Source: Escherichia coli
GTDB lineage: Bacteria > Pseudomonadota > Gammaproteobacteria > Enterobacterales > Enterobacteriaceae
DNA length: 64,000 nt
Reading direction: 5' to 3' (one strand)
Assembly (NCBI RefSeq): GCF_030384885.1
Contig: NZ_CP128615.1
Positions within the stretch are counted from its first letter, which is position 1, and every line of letters starts with the position of its first letter. Positions 21,471-29,972 of this stretch are shown one piece after another. The notes under the pieces were generated by a model, which searched no databases, was not told where the DNA came from, and saw nothing but the letters and a program-made list of their open reading frames with translations. Made by a program: the position numbers and the translations under genes.

Positions 21471-21884
21471 ACACCAGTCACCTCTTTTTGCGGTGAAATG
21501 CACAGTGATGATTTCCCTGACATCATCCGGTAATCCTTCCCAGCGACGCTGTCCAGTACCGCTCTGCAGCCAGAGTTTATGCAGCATCAGGCAGTTTTGC
21601 TCATCCAGCAGTACACCGTCCTGCAGGTATGTCAGCCAGCGGGTGAACGCGATATTCTCCGGCGATACAACGCCACGCCCGGCAGCCGTCAGTCCGGGGC
21701 ATGGTTCAAACCGCACATCTTCAGTGGTCTGCAGAAGTCCGGCACTTCCGGCCAGAAACAGCTGAATACCTTCATTTGTGGCGCGGCGATAAAGCGGTGT
21801 GACTGCACCGCTGGCCAGTCGTTTAATCTCAGCAATCTGTGCCGGTTCACCAGAAAAATGCATACGATTTGAGCACCAGTTTGG
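21447..21884 (-). CDS. Hypothetical protein
   Basis: ORF with GGAG RBS before the ATG at 21884 (MPNWCSNRMHF...); overlaps the TraC fragment by about 80 bp. Confidence 0.4.
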   Translation of the reverse strand, partial: PNWCSNRMHFSGEPAQIAEIKRLASGAVTPLYRRATNEGIQLFLAGSAGLLQTTEDVRFEPCPGLTAAGRGVVSPENIAFTRWLTYLQDGVLLDEQNCLMLHKLWLQSGTGQRRWEGLPDDVREIITVHFTAKRGDWCDIWGSGG

Positions 21885-22241
21885 CATGGGAATTCTCCTC
21901 TCACATGCGGCCTCTATCAGGCCGTGCCGCACCTGTAACCGGGCGACCGCATACGAATGCAGGTGCGGCCCCGAAGCCGCAGCGCGTGGAGGAGGAACGA
22001 CGAAACGTGACCGGGTGAGGAGGCCGGCGACAGCGACACACTTGCATCGGATGCAGCTCGGTTAACGTGCCGGCACGGCCTGGGTAACCAGGTATTTTAT
22101 TCACAGAACCGTGCGCAAAATGCTGTGGATAAGCTGGACACAGCAGTCCACAGCAGGCATACAGCCACACCCTCAGAGAATTGAGCGTTTTTTAGTCACA
22201 ATAATGACATTTGACTGTGTGTGGATTCAGTTATTAGAATA

Positions 22242-22257
22242 CTGTATATACATACAG
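22242..22257. promoter_or_regulatory. LexA (SOS) box upstream of impC
   Basis: CTGTATATACATACAG matches CTGT-N8-ACAG; TTGACT -35-like hexamer at 22211. Confidence 0.65.
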
Positions 22258-22280
22258 CAATAGAAAAGGGAGATGAGAAC

Positions 22281-22529
22281 ATGATCCGCATTGAAATTCT
22301 TTTCGACCGCCAGAGCACAAAAAACCTCAAATCAGGCACACTTCAGGCGCTACAGAATGAAATCGAACAACGTCTGAAACCACACTCCCCGGAAATCTGG
22401 CTGCGTATAGACCAGGGCAGCGCCCCGTCTGTATCTGTCACAGGAGCCCGCAACGACAAGGATAAAGAACGTATCATGTCTCTGCTGGAAGAAATCTGGC
22501 AGGACGACAGCTGGCTGCCTGCAGCATGA
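22281..22529 (+). CDS. impC: ImpC (DinI-like small SOS protein)
   Basis: 82-aa ORF from the ATG at 22281 with GGGAGA RBS; first gene of an imp/umu-type operon. Confidence 0.75.
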   Translation: MIRIEILFDRQSTKNLKSGTLQALQNEIEQRLKPHSPEIWLRIDQGSAPSVSVTGARNDKDKERIMSLLEEIWQDDSWLPAA

Positions 22530-22963
22530 GTACCGTTTATCACCGTCCGGCTGACCCTTCAGGCGATGACAGTTACGTGCGACCGTTGTTTGCCGATCGT
22601 TGCCAGGCCGGTTTTCCTTCGCCTGCCACTGATTATGCTGAGCAGGAACTGGATCTGAACAGCTATTGCATCAGCAGACCTGCAGCCACCTTCTTTCTGC
22701 GCGCCAGCGGTGAATCGATGAACCAGGCTGGCGTGCAGAATGGTGATCTGCTGGTAGTGGACAGGGCCGAGAAACCACAACACGGGGACATCGTTATCGC
22801 TGAGATCGACGGTGAGTTCACCGTCAAACGACTGCTGTTGCGCCCACGCCCGGCACTGGAGCCGGTTTCAGACAGCCCGGAATTTCGCACACTGTATCCG
22901 GAAAACATCTGTATTTTTGGTGTTGTCACTCACGTGATACACAGGACGCGGGAGTTACGCTGA
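22526..22963 (+). CDS. impA: ImpA/UmuD-like protein (LexA-type S24 peptidase)
   Basis: 145-aa ORF with Ser/Lys self-cleavage region (GESMNQAG...VKRL); 4-bp overlaps with both neighbours. Confidence 0.85.
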   Translation: MSTVYHRPADPSGDDSYVRPLFADRCQAGFPSPATDYAEQELDLNSYCISRPAATFFLRASGESMNQAGVQNGDLLVVDRAEKPQHGDIVIAEIDGEFTVKRLLLRPRPALEPVSDSPEFRTLYPENICIFGVVTHVIHRTRELR

Positions 22964-24233
22964 TGTTTGCACTGGCTGATATCAACAGTTTCTACGCCTC
23001 ATGTGAAAAAGTTTTCCGCCCGGACCTTCGCAACGAACCGGTCATCGTACTCAGCAATAACGATGGCTGTGTGATCGCGCGCAGCCGGAGGCAAAAGCCC
23101 TTGGCATCAGAATGGGGCAGCCCTGGTTTCAGGTGAGACAGATGCGCCTGGAGAAGAAAATACATGTATTTTCCAGCAATTATGCGCTGTACCACAGCAT
23201 GAGCCAACGGGTCATGGCTGTTCTGGAGTCGCTTTCTCCCGCAGTTGAGCCCTACTCAATTGATGAAATGTTCATTGATTTGCGGGGGATAAATCATTGC
23301 ATCTCTCCGGAGGTTTTTGGTCATCAGCTCAGGGAACAGGTAAAGAGCTGGACAGGACTCACCATGGGGGTGGGCATTGCGCCTACAAAAACGCTGGCTA
23401 AAAGTGCACAGTGGGCAACAAAGCAATGGCCACAGTTTTCCGGTGTGGTCGCGCTGGAGGCAGAAAACCGTAATCGGATCTTGAAGCTACTGGGGCTGCA
23501 GCCAGTTGGTGAGGTCTGGGGAGTAGGACGCAGACTGACGGAAAAGCTGAATGCGCTGGGTATTAACACAGCACTGCAGCTGGCGCAGGCTAACACGGCA
23601 TTCATCCGGAAAAACTTCAGCATCATTCTTGAGCGTACGGTACGCGAACTCAACGGCGAGTCCTGCATATCCCTGGAAGAAGCACCACCGGCAAAACAGC
23701 AGATTGTCTGTAGTCGCAGTTTTGGTGAACGAATCACAGACAAAGATGCCATGCACCAGGCTGTTGTTCAGTATGCAGAGCGGGCCGCAGAGAAACTACG
23801 TGGGGAGCGTCAGTATTGCCGGCAGGTGACGACATTTGTACGGACATCCCCCTTTGCAGTAAAAGAACCCTGTTACAGCAATGCCGCTGTGGAAAAGCTT
23901 CCATTACCCACACAGGACAGCCGGGACATTATTGCCGCAGCATGCAGAGCGTTAAACCATGTCTGGCGTGAAGGGTACCGCTATATGAAGGCAGGAGTCA
24001 TGCTGGCTGATTTCACACCATCGGGTATAGCGCAGCCGGGATTATTTGATGAGATCCAGCCCCGTAAAAACAGCGAAAAGTTAATGAAAACACTCGATGA
24101 ACTGAACCAGTCTGGAAAAGGGAAAGTGTGGTTTGCGGGGCGAGGAACCGCCCCTGAATGGCAAATGAAACGGGAAATGCTCTCGCCTTCGTATACAACA
24201 CAATGGACTGAGATCCCCATTGCTTCATTCTGA
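22963..24233 (+). pseudogene. impB: ImpB/UmuC-like Y-family polymerase, interrupted by a 1-nt frameshift near 23086
   Basis: N-terminal 57 codons (MFALADINSFYASCEKVFRPDL...NDGCVIARS) in one frame stop at 23136; the rest (MGQPWFQ...) continues in another frame from 23112. Confidence 0.8.
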
Positions 24234-24237
24234 TATA

Positions 24238-24666
24238 TCAGAATAATTTTTGCATTTTAAGGCGCACATCATTCATTGCCTCCTGCACCGAATCAGTAGC
24301 AGAAGGAGGCATTTTTTCAGCAGATTGCAAAGCACCGAGTTCAGTCAACACAGCTCTGATATCGGCCTGAGAAGGCTTCCATCCTGTCGTCTGACTGAGT
24401 AAGGTTACAACCTGATCTGCTGAAAACTCCTCGCTCAAAATGGCAGTCAGCAATACAGGCAGGCGAGGATCAAGTTGGTGTAACGCCATTCCAGAAATAA
24501 ATGCATTCCGGAACAGCTCACCACGCTCAGAACGCGGAACGGACTCTATCGCTTCCAAAGCTTGAAAGTCTGCAGCTTTTTCCGGATGCAGATAAAGTGT
24601 GAATTTTTTCCTTTTCCGTTCATCGTCCACAATATTACTCCTCTTTGAAAGCCGCGATAGCTTCAA
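24238..24666 (-). CDS. ParR/StbB-like partition adaptor (type II system)
   Basis: Small ORF directly downstream of the ParM-like gene; assignment by position and size. Confidence 0.5.
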   Translation of the reverse strand: MKLSRLSKRSNIVDDERKRKKFTLYLHPEKAADFQALEAIESVPRSERGELFRNAFISGMALHQLDPRLPVLLTAILSEEFSADQVVTLLSQTTGWKPSQADIRAVLTELGALQSAEKMPPSATDSVQEAMNDVRLKMQKLF

Positions 24667-25606
24667 CCAGTGCTGTCTGTGGCGACTCCATCATCACTAC
24701 TTTTTGCCCAAGATGGTGCCATGCCGTTTTTATCGAATCATAGATCAACGGGGCCCCACCACCGACAACATAAACACGATTCACATGATGAAAATCACCG
24801 AGCTCATTGACTACTTGCTCCCCCAGACTGGCAATAGCCCCCTCAATGGTATTAAGGACCAGATCAGTTTTTGTTTCGTCATTTATAACCTGCCGAACAA
24901 AGTCCGGGTCATTACGACGTTTAATCAATTCATCTGCAACGAGGAAACTGGTATCACTGGATGCCATGCGCAATGCACTCATTGCAGCTTTCGTAACTGA
25001 AGACACACCAATGCCAGAATTACCATGAATGGCACTTACAGAGTCAAATTGACCAACGATAACACCAACATCAAGCGTAGTGCCGCCAATATCAACTACC
25101 AGCGATTTTTCGAACTGACCAACTTTATCCATGACCAGACGAGAAAACACAGCTGGCAATGATTCAGGCATCACATCAACGTGTTCAATGGTGAAAACAT
25201 CGCCTTTATTAAGACGAATCGGCCTCATTAAATTCTCAATTTTACGCTGAATGTTGAGTTCATTTTTTTGACACTCTTTCGTGTAGAACTCACTGATAGG
25301 CAAAGTCACAGTCAATGATACAGGCTGAGGCGCTAATCCACTATTCAGTAAAGCGTGATGCACAGCTAACAGGTTAACATCCGTATATTGATACTCAATA
25401 TGAGTCGTAAGAATAGATTGGTTGCTAACTTCATCATACGTGTATTTTTTACCATCCAGTTCATAGTTAAATGTCTGGCGAATCCCTAACCCGTCAACCT
25501 TCCATCCATGACGAAATGAGTTTTGCGACAACGACTTACAGATTTTCCCATTGTCATTCCATGCCAACTTGATTGTTGTTGAACCATCATCGCAGTATAC
25601 GTTCAT
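24635..25606 (-). CDS. ParM/StbA-like actin-type partition ATPase
   Basis: 323-aa ORF with actin-fold phosphate motifs (CDDGSTTIKLAW, VVDIGGTTLDVGV, YVVGGGAPL). Confidence 0.8.
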   Translation of the reverse strand: MNVYCDDGSTTIKLAWNDNGKICKSLSQNSFRHGWKVDGLGIRQTFNYELDGKKYTYDEVSNQSILTTHIEYQYTDVNLLAVHHALLNSGLAPQPVSLTVTLPISEFYTKECQKNELNIQRKIENLMRPIRLNKGDVFTIEHVDVMPESLPAVFSRLVMDKVGQFEKSLVVDIGGTTLDVGVIVGQFDSVSAIHGNSGIGVSSVTKAAMSALRMASSDTSFLVADELIKRRNDPDFVRQVINDETKTDLVLNTIEGAIASLGEQVVNELGDFHHVNRVYVVGGGAPLIYDSIKTAWHHLGQKVVMMESPQTALVEAIAAFKEE

Positions 25607-25609
25607 CTA

Positions 25610-25830
25610 TAGCCCCTTAAATACTCAATCTGAGTAAATCACTGTTTCTGGTTGCAAGGTAATACTCAATTTGAGCACTATCATAGTTATGAAATCACAA
25701 AACACAAGTAATATTTATTACATCATATGACATACTTCATATTTCATACTTCATAAATATGAATGCATGTTGACACATCAGGTTACAGTGTCAAAATATC
25801 ATCATACTTCACACATCACATTTATGAGGT
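25610..25830. promoter_or_regulatory. Divergent intergenic region with direct repeats; candidate centromere/promoter for both partition operons
   Basis: Repeated CATACTTCAT / TACTCAATTTGAG motifs between divergently transcribed partition genes. Confidence 0.4.
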
Positions 25831-25834
25831 TGCA

Positions 25835-26479
25835 ATGATTACTGTAGTTGGTGGGAACAAAGGTGGTTCAGGGAAAACTACCATTGCATCAAACCTGGCT
25901 ATTGCTCTCGCAAATAAAGGAAGGGAAGTCTGCCTGTTAAACGGAGATCTACAACGAACAGCCGCAAAACATCATGCGGAACGAGAAGCTGCAGGACTGT
26001 TACCAGCAATAACCCTTGTTGAGAAATTTGATAACCTGACACAAACACTACAGGCTCTGAATGAAAAGTTCGATGATGTAATAGTGGATGTCGCAGGAAG
26101 AAACTCAAAGGAATTCATAACGAGTGGAGTTGTCGCACATCAAATAATTGCGCCACTACAGTGTTCTCAACCAGATCTGGATACTCTTACAGAACTAGAA
26201 CAACAGATAGACGCAATGCGTAACCTTAACCCGGAACTTAAGGTTTATTGTTTACAAAGTATGGCAACAACCAATCCGGTTTTGAGGGGAAATGAGAGAA
26301 AAGAATTCCTTGAATATCTTGAAGAATTCCCAACAATTCAAGTCCTGGATTCAGTTATTTGTTTCAGAAAAGTCTATCGCGATTGCATGAGCAACGGCAC
26401 CGGTGTAGTAGAAACGAACAATACAGCAGCCAGAGCAGAAATTGAACATTTAATGAATGAGGTATTTGGCCCATGGTGA
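25835..26479 (+). CDS. parA: ParA-family partition ATPase (small ParF-like, type Ib)
   Basis: Deviant Walker A VVGGNKGGSGKTT at the N-terminus; start taken at the ATG at 25835 after a GAGG RBS. Confidence 0.8.
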   Translation: MITVVGGNKGGSGKTTIASNLAIALANKGREVCLLNGDLQRTAAKHHAEREAAGLLPAITLVEKFDNLTQTLQALNEKFDDVIVDVAGRNSKEFITSGVVAHQIIAPLQCSQPDLDTLTELEQQIDAMRNLNPELKVYCLQSMATTNPVLRGNERKEFLEYLEEFPTIQVLDSVICFRKVYRDCMSNGTGVVETNNTAARAEIEHLMNEVFGPW

Positions 26480-26748
26480 AGAAACCCAGCCAGCAAGCAT
26501 TAAACAGAGCTGCAGTTACGGTAGAACAAGCAGAGGCTCTGGCTCAGCGCCTTGCGGATAAACCATACGGCGCGCCGGAAAAACTCGAACCAGAAAAACA
26601 ATGTCGGACGACAATCTCTCTTGGTGAAAGCATGCTTGTCACAATAGAAGATCTGGCATTGAGGAATAAACGCAATGGTAAAGATCCAAAAAATGTAAGT
26701 GCCATCGTCAGAGTAGCCCTTGAGCAATACTTAAAAACACTAACGTAA
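26473..26748 (+). CDS. Small ParG-like DNA-binding partner of ParA (likely RHH)
   Basis: 91-aa ORF overlapping the parA stop; C-terminal AIVRVALEQYLK. Confidence 0.5.
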   Translation: MVKKPSQQALNRAAVTVEQAEALAQRLADKPYGAPEKLEPEKQCRTTISLGESMLVTIEDLALRNKRNGKDPKNVSAIVRVALEQYLKTLT

Positions 26749-26885
26749 TAATCAAGAAGTTATTACTTATGAAATCACACTTGTGAATTCACACTGTTTA
26801 AGCACCCTTGCATACAAGAGATCACATATTGCAGTGGTCTCTTCTTTTATAGAATAAATCACAATTCATAATTATGATTTGTGAC

Positions 26886-27677
26886 TTATGCGTGTCTGTT
26901 TTTCAGCATTGTGACAGCATCGGACTCAGGCATCGAAAACTGCACCCGGTGCCGTGCAGCCACATCCAGCGCAAACACCTTCGTGTACACCTCTGTCGAA
27001 CTAATCGACTTGTGCCCCATCAGGCTCTGCAGCACCTTCAGCGGAATACCAGCATACAGCATATGCATCGCGTAGGAATGGCGGAAAGTATGTGGGGTAA
27101 CCGGAACAGAGAACGTCACGCCGTCGGCCGCAGCGGCCTCTACAGCTTCATTCAGCCAGGTGCGAACTGTGCGGTCGGTGATTCCCCAGATGCGCGCCTT
27201 CTCCATTCTTCCGGTTCGTTTGTTTCTGCGCTCCAGTGGGATTTTCAGCGTGGCCACCATCATCTGCAGTTGGCTGACGTATTGTGTATCGGACAGGGGA
27301 ACCAGGCGATGCACCTGACTGCCAGCAGGGACACGGCCTGCCGTTCTGGTCGCTTTTTCAGTCCGTTGTTTGAGCGTGGCCAGCTGTACGAACGGATATG
27401 GCGGCGCCAGAGAAAAATCTCCCCGCGTCAGCGCCAGCGCTTCGTTTATACGTGCGCCCGTGTTCCACAGGGTGGCCAGCAACATTTTGCGGTGCAGATC
27501 CGGTACATAGTGGAGCAGGGCGCTGATCTCCGGCGCCAACAGATATTTTGGTAATTCGTCCTGCACAAGTGCCATCTGACGTAGTGCCAGCGCAGCCGGG
27601 TAATCAATGGCAACAGGTAATGTTGCCGGAGGCGTTAAAAAAGAACCTGGCAGGGAAAGCAATTGTGGGCCACTCAT
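26886..27677 (-). CDS. Tyrosine site-specific recombinase (candidate multimer resolvase)
   Basis: 263-aa ORF with HTFRHSYAMH...LMGH...Y catalytic region; paralog of int at 1263-2003. Confidence 0.8.
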   Translation of the reverse strand: MSGPQLLSLPGSFLTPPATLPVAIDYPAALALRQMALVQDELPKYLLAPEISALLHYVPDLHRKMLLATLWNTGARINEALALTRGDFSLAPPYPFVQLATLKQRTEKATRTAGRVPAGSQVHRLVPLSDTQYVSQLQMMVATLKIPLERRNKRTGRMEKARIWGITDRTVRTWLNEAVEAAAADGVTFSVPVTPHTFRHSYAMHMLYAGIPLKVLQSLMGHKSISSTEVYTKVFALDVAARHRVQFSMPESDAVTMLKNRHA

Positions 27678-28105
27678 GATGTCCCCTTTATGAAATCCTC
27701 AATCTCTTGCTCGGTCTTTTTAGACTTCTTTACCATTTCGTACTCCTTTTGGAGTGTTTTACCTCTGGCTTTCAACAATACCAACCTCGTTGGCGATAGT
27801 GTATCGGAAAGGCCGTGCAGAGGGAGGCCACATAACATTCTCAGTTCTCGTGATAACCGCAGTGCTTTTACTCCCAACATAGCTGCGTTTTTATGCAAAC
27901 TATATTCACCCGCTCCACCATAAGGAGTATCTTCAACAAACACATTATCTACACACACGACAGCTTCGTAGCTGAGAACAGAGAGTTCGCTGAGCCTATA
28001 CATCAGGCCAGAAGGAAGGGAGCGCCAGTTACCAGATACCGGGGAATAATCGATTTCCGGTAATAAGAACTCAGCTTCTCCTCTGCCATCCTGATCGTGC
28101 TCCAC
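27674..28105 (-). pseudogene. Gene of unknown function, N-terminus truncated by IS26
   Basis: ORF reads across the IS26 left inverted repeat at 28106; 4-bp overlap with the recombinase start. Confidence 0.5.
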
Positions 28106-28927
28106 AGGGCACTGTTGCAAATAGTCGGTGGTGATAAACTTATCATCCCCTTTTACTGATGGAGCTGCACATGAACCCATTCAAAGGCCGGTATTTTCAG
28201 CGTGACATCATTCTGTGGGCCGTACGCTGGTACTGCAAATACGGCATCAGTTACCGTGAGCTGCAGGAGATGCTGGCTGAACGCGGAGTGAATGTCGATC
28301 ACTCCACGATTTACCGCTGGGTTCAGCGTTATGCGCCTGAAATGGAAAAACGGCTGCGCTGGTACTGGCGTAACCCTTCCGATCTTTGCCCGTGGCACAT
28401 GGATGAAACCTACGTGAAGGTCAATGGCCGCTGGGCGTATCTGTACCGGGCCGTCGACAGCCGGGGCCGCACTGTCGATTTTTATCTCTCCTCCCGTCGT
28501 AACAGCAAAGCTGCATACCGGTTTCTGGGTAAAATCCTCAACAACGTGAAGAAGTGGCAGATCCCGCGATTCATCAACACGGATAAAGCGCCCGCCTATG
28601 GTCGCGCGCTTGCTCTGCTCAAACGCGAAGGCCGGTGCCCGTCTGACGTTGAACACCGACAGATTAAGTACCGGAACAACGTGATTGAATGCGATCATGG
28701 CAAACTGAAACGGATAATCGACGCCACGCTGGGATTTAAATCCATGAAGACGGCTTACGCCACCATCAAAGGTATTGAGGTGATGCGTGCACTACGCAAA
28801 GGCCAGGCCTCAGCATTTTATTATGGTGATCCCCTGGGCGAAATGCGCCTGGTAAGCAGAGTTTTTGAAATGTAAGGCCTTTGAATAAGACAAAAGGCTG
28901 CCTCATCGCTAACTTTGCAACAGTGCC
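28106..28927 (+). mobile_element. IS26, no flanking target-site duplication
   Basis: Terminal repeats GGCACTGTTGCAAA (28106) and TTTGCAACAGTGCC (ends about 28927); flanks CTCCACAG versus CCACCCAT. Confidence 0.95.
28171..28875 (+). CDS. tnpA: IS26 transposase Tnp26
   Basis: MNPFKGRYFQRDIILWAVRWYCKYGISYRELQEM... recognised. Confidence 0.95.
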   Translation: MNPFKGRYFQRDIILWAVRWYCKYGISYRELQEMLAERGVNVDHSTIYRWVQRYAPEMEKRLRWYWRNPSDLCPWHMDETYVKVNGRWAYLYRAVDSRGRTVDFYLSSRRNSKAAYRFLGKILNNVKKWQIPRFINTDKAPAYGRALALLKREGRCPSDVEHRQIKYRNNVIECDHGKLKRIIDATLGFKSMKTAYATIKGIEVMRALRKGQASAFYYGDPLGEMRLVSRVFEM

Positions 28928-29454
28928 CCACCCATCTGTTTGTGTCGGTACTCTGAGGGGGCATGGGGCAAAAACCTGAAAAAGGTATTCGCCTGGCTGC
29001 CCCGCTCCGGGCGAAAATGAAGGTACAGCGACGGGATGAATAGCACTTTTTGCTAAAGGAATATCAACAATAGCATGCTATAGTTACTTTAATGGGTAGC
29101 TGCGCCATTGACAATGGTGTGGTTTTCTGTTAACATTACTTTCATAGTATTGTTCCGTCCCGCTCCACTCCAACAAATCCGTTTATTTCCCGCCAGACCG
29201 GTTATCACCATTCCGGCCCGGATTTTTTTGGATTTTTTTCCGGGGAGCACCCGGGACGAGCTTAAAATCGGTATGACAGACAGGAGGATGCGAATGAACA
29301 CATCATAGCAGAATTGAAAGAGAAAACATTCTGTACGGTATCAACAGCGTTCACGTGTGTGAGGCGCCGGGTGCCTTTTATCTGAAAAAAGAGGTCAAGA
29401 AGATGATCAAGATTAACACATCAGTGTTAACAACAACCTGCCCAGGAGGGCTTT

Positions 29455-29799
29455 ATGAAAAATTTGTTCGACACCGAGGGAACGGTTCTATTCCCATTCC
29501 AGACTGAAATCCATTTTATCTGGACGATTTACACCACAGCTAAAACCCTTTACGTCAGTGCCTGTGGGCACATCGGACAGAAGCAATACTGGAGCGCCTG
29601 TCTCTGTATTTTGCTTCTTATGGCCTACGTGGGTCTCTGTGCTGCGGTGGTCTGGGCTGTAGTGCCCTGGCTTAAGGCCTTTATTGTGTCGAAATTTGCG
29701 GTTTCAGCACTCTGGGTCACGCCAGTAAAGAGTTTGTTGCTCAGGGGTATCGGTAAGATGGTGGGGGCCATCTGCCGAAAGTTTACTCTATTAAAGTAA
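29455..29799 (+). CDS. Hypothetical membrane protein
   Basis: 114-aa ORF with AGGAGGG RBS and two hydrophobic helices. Confidence 0.4.
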   Translation: MKNLFDTEGTVLFPFQTEIHFIWTIYTTAKTLYVSACGHIGQKQYWSACLCILLLMAYVGLCAAVVWAVVPWLKAFIVSKFAVSALWVTPVKSLLLRGIGKMVGAICRKFTLLK

Positions 29800-29972
29800 G
29801 AGCAGCAAGCTACACCAACGGATGGTGAATGTCAACAGGCATTCACCATCTCCTTACGGCGGTGGTCCCTGTGGCCACTGCCGCTTTCGCGCGGGTGTAA
29901 CACGGCAAAACTCCTCTGTACAACAGGGGCTCCCGCCGTCATTTTCCGGCACAGGTGAGGCCGGAATTGGAA

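Noticed and set aside
21932-22200. GC-rich hairpins upstream of the 146-aa ORF that might be a small RNA or ssi site
   Set aside because: Only short imperfect dyads (for example GCCGCACCTG / CAGGTGCGGC); no terminator or promoter context I can support, so left unannotated.
23324-23756. Two minus-strand ORFs (142 and 89 aa) inside impB
   Set aside because: Antisense to the UmuC-like coding sequence; no features supporting expression.
28153-28698. 181-aa antisense ORF inside IS26
   Set aside because: Entirely antisense to the well-defined Tnp26 gene within a canonical IS26; no independent support.
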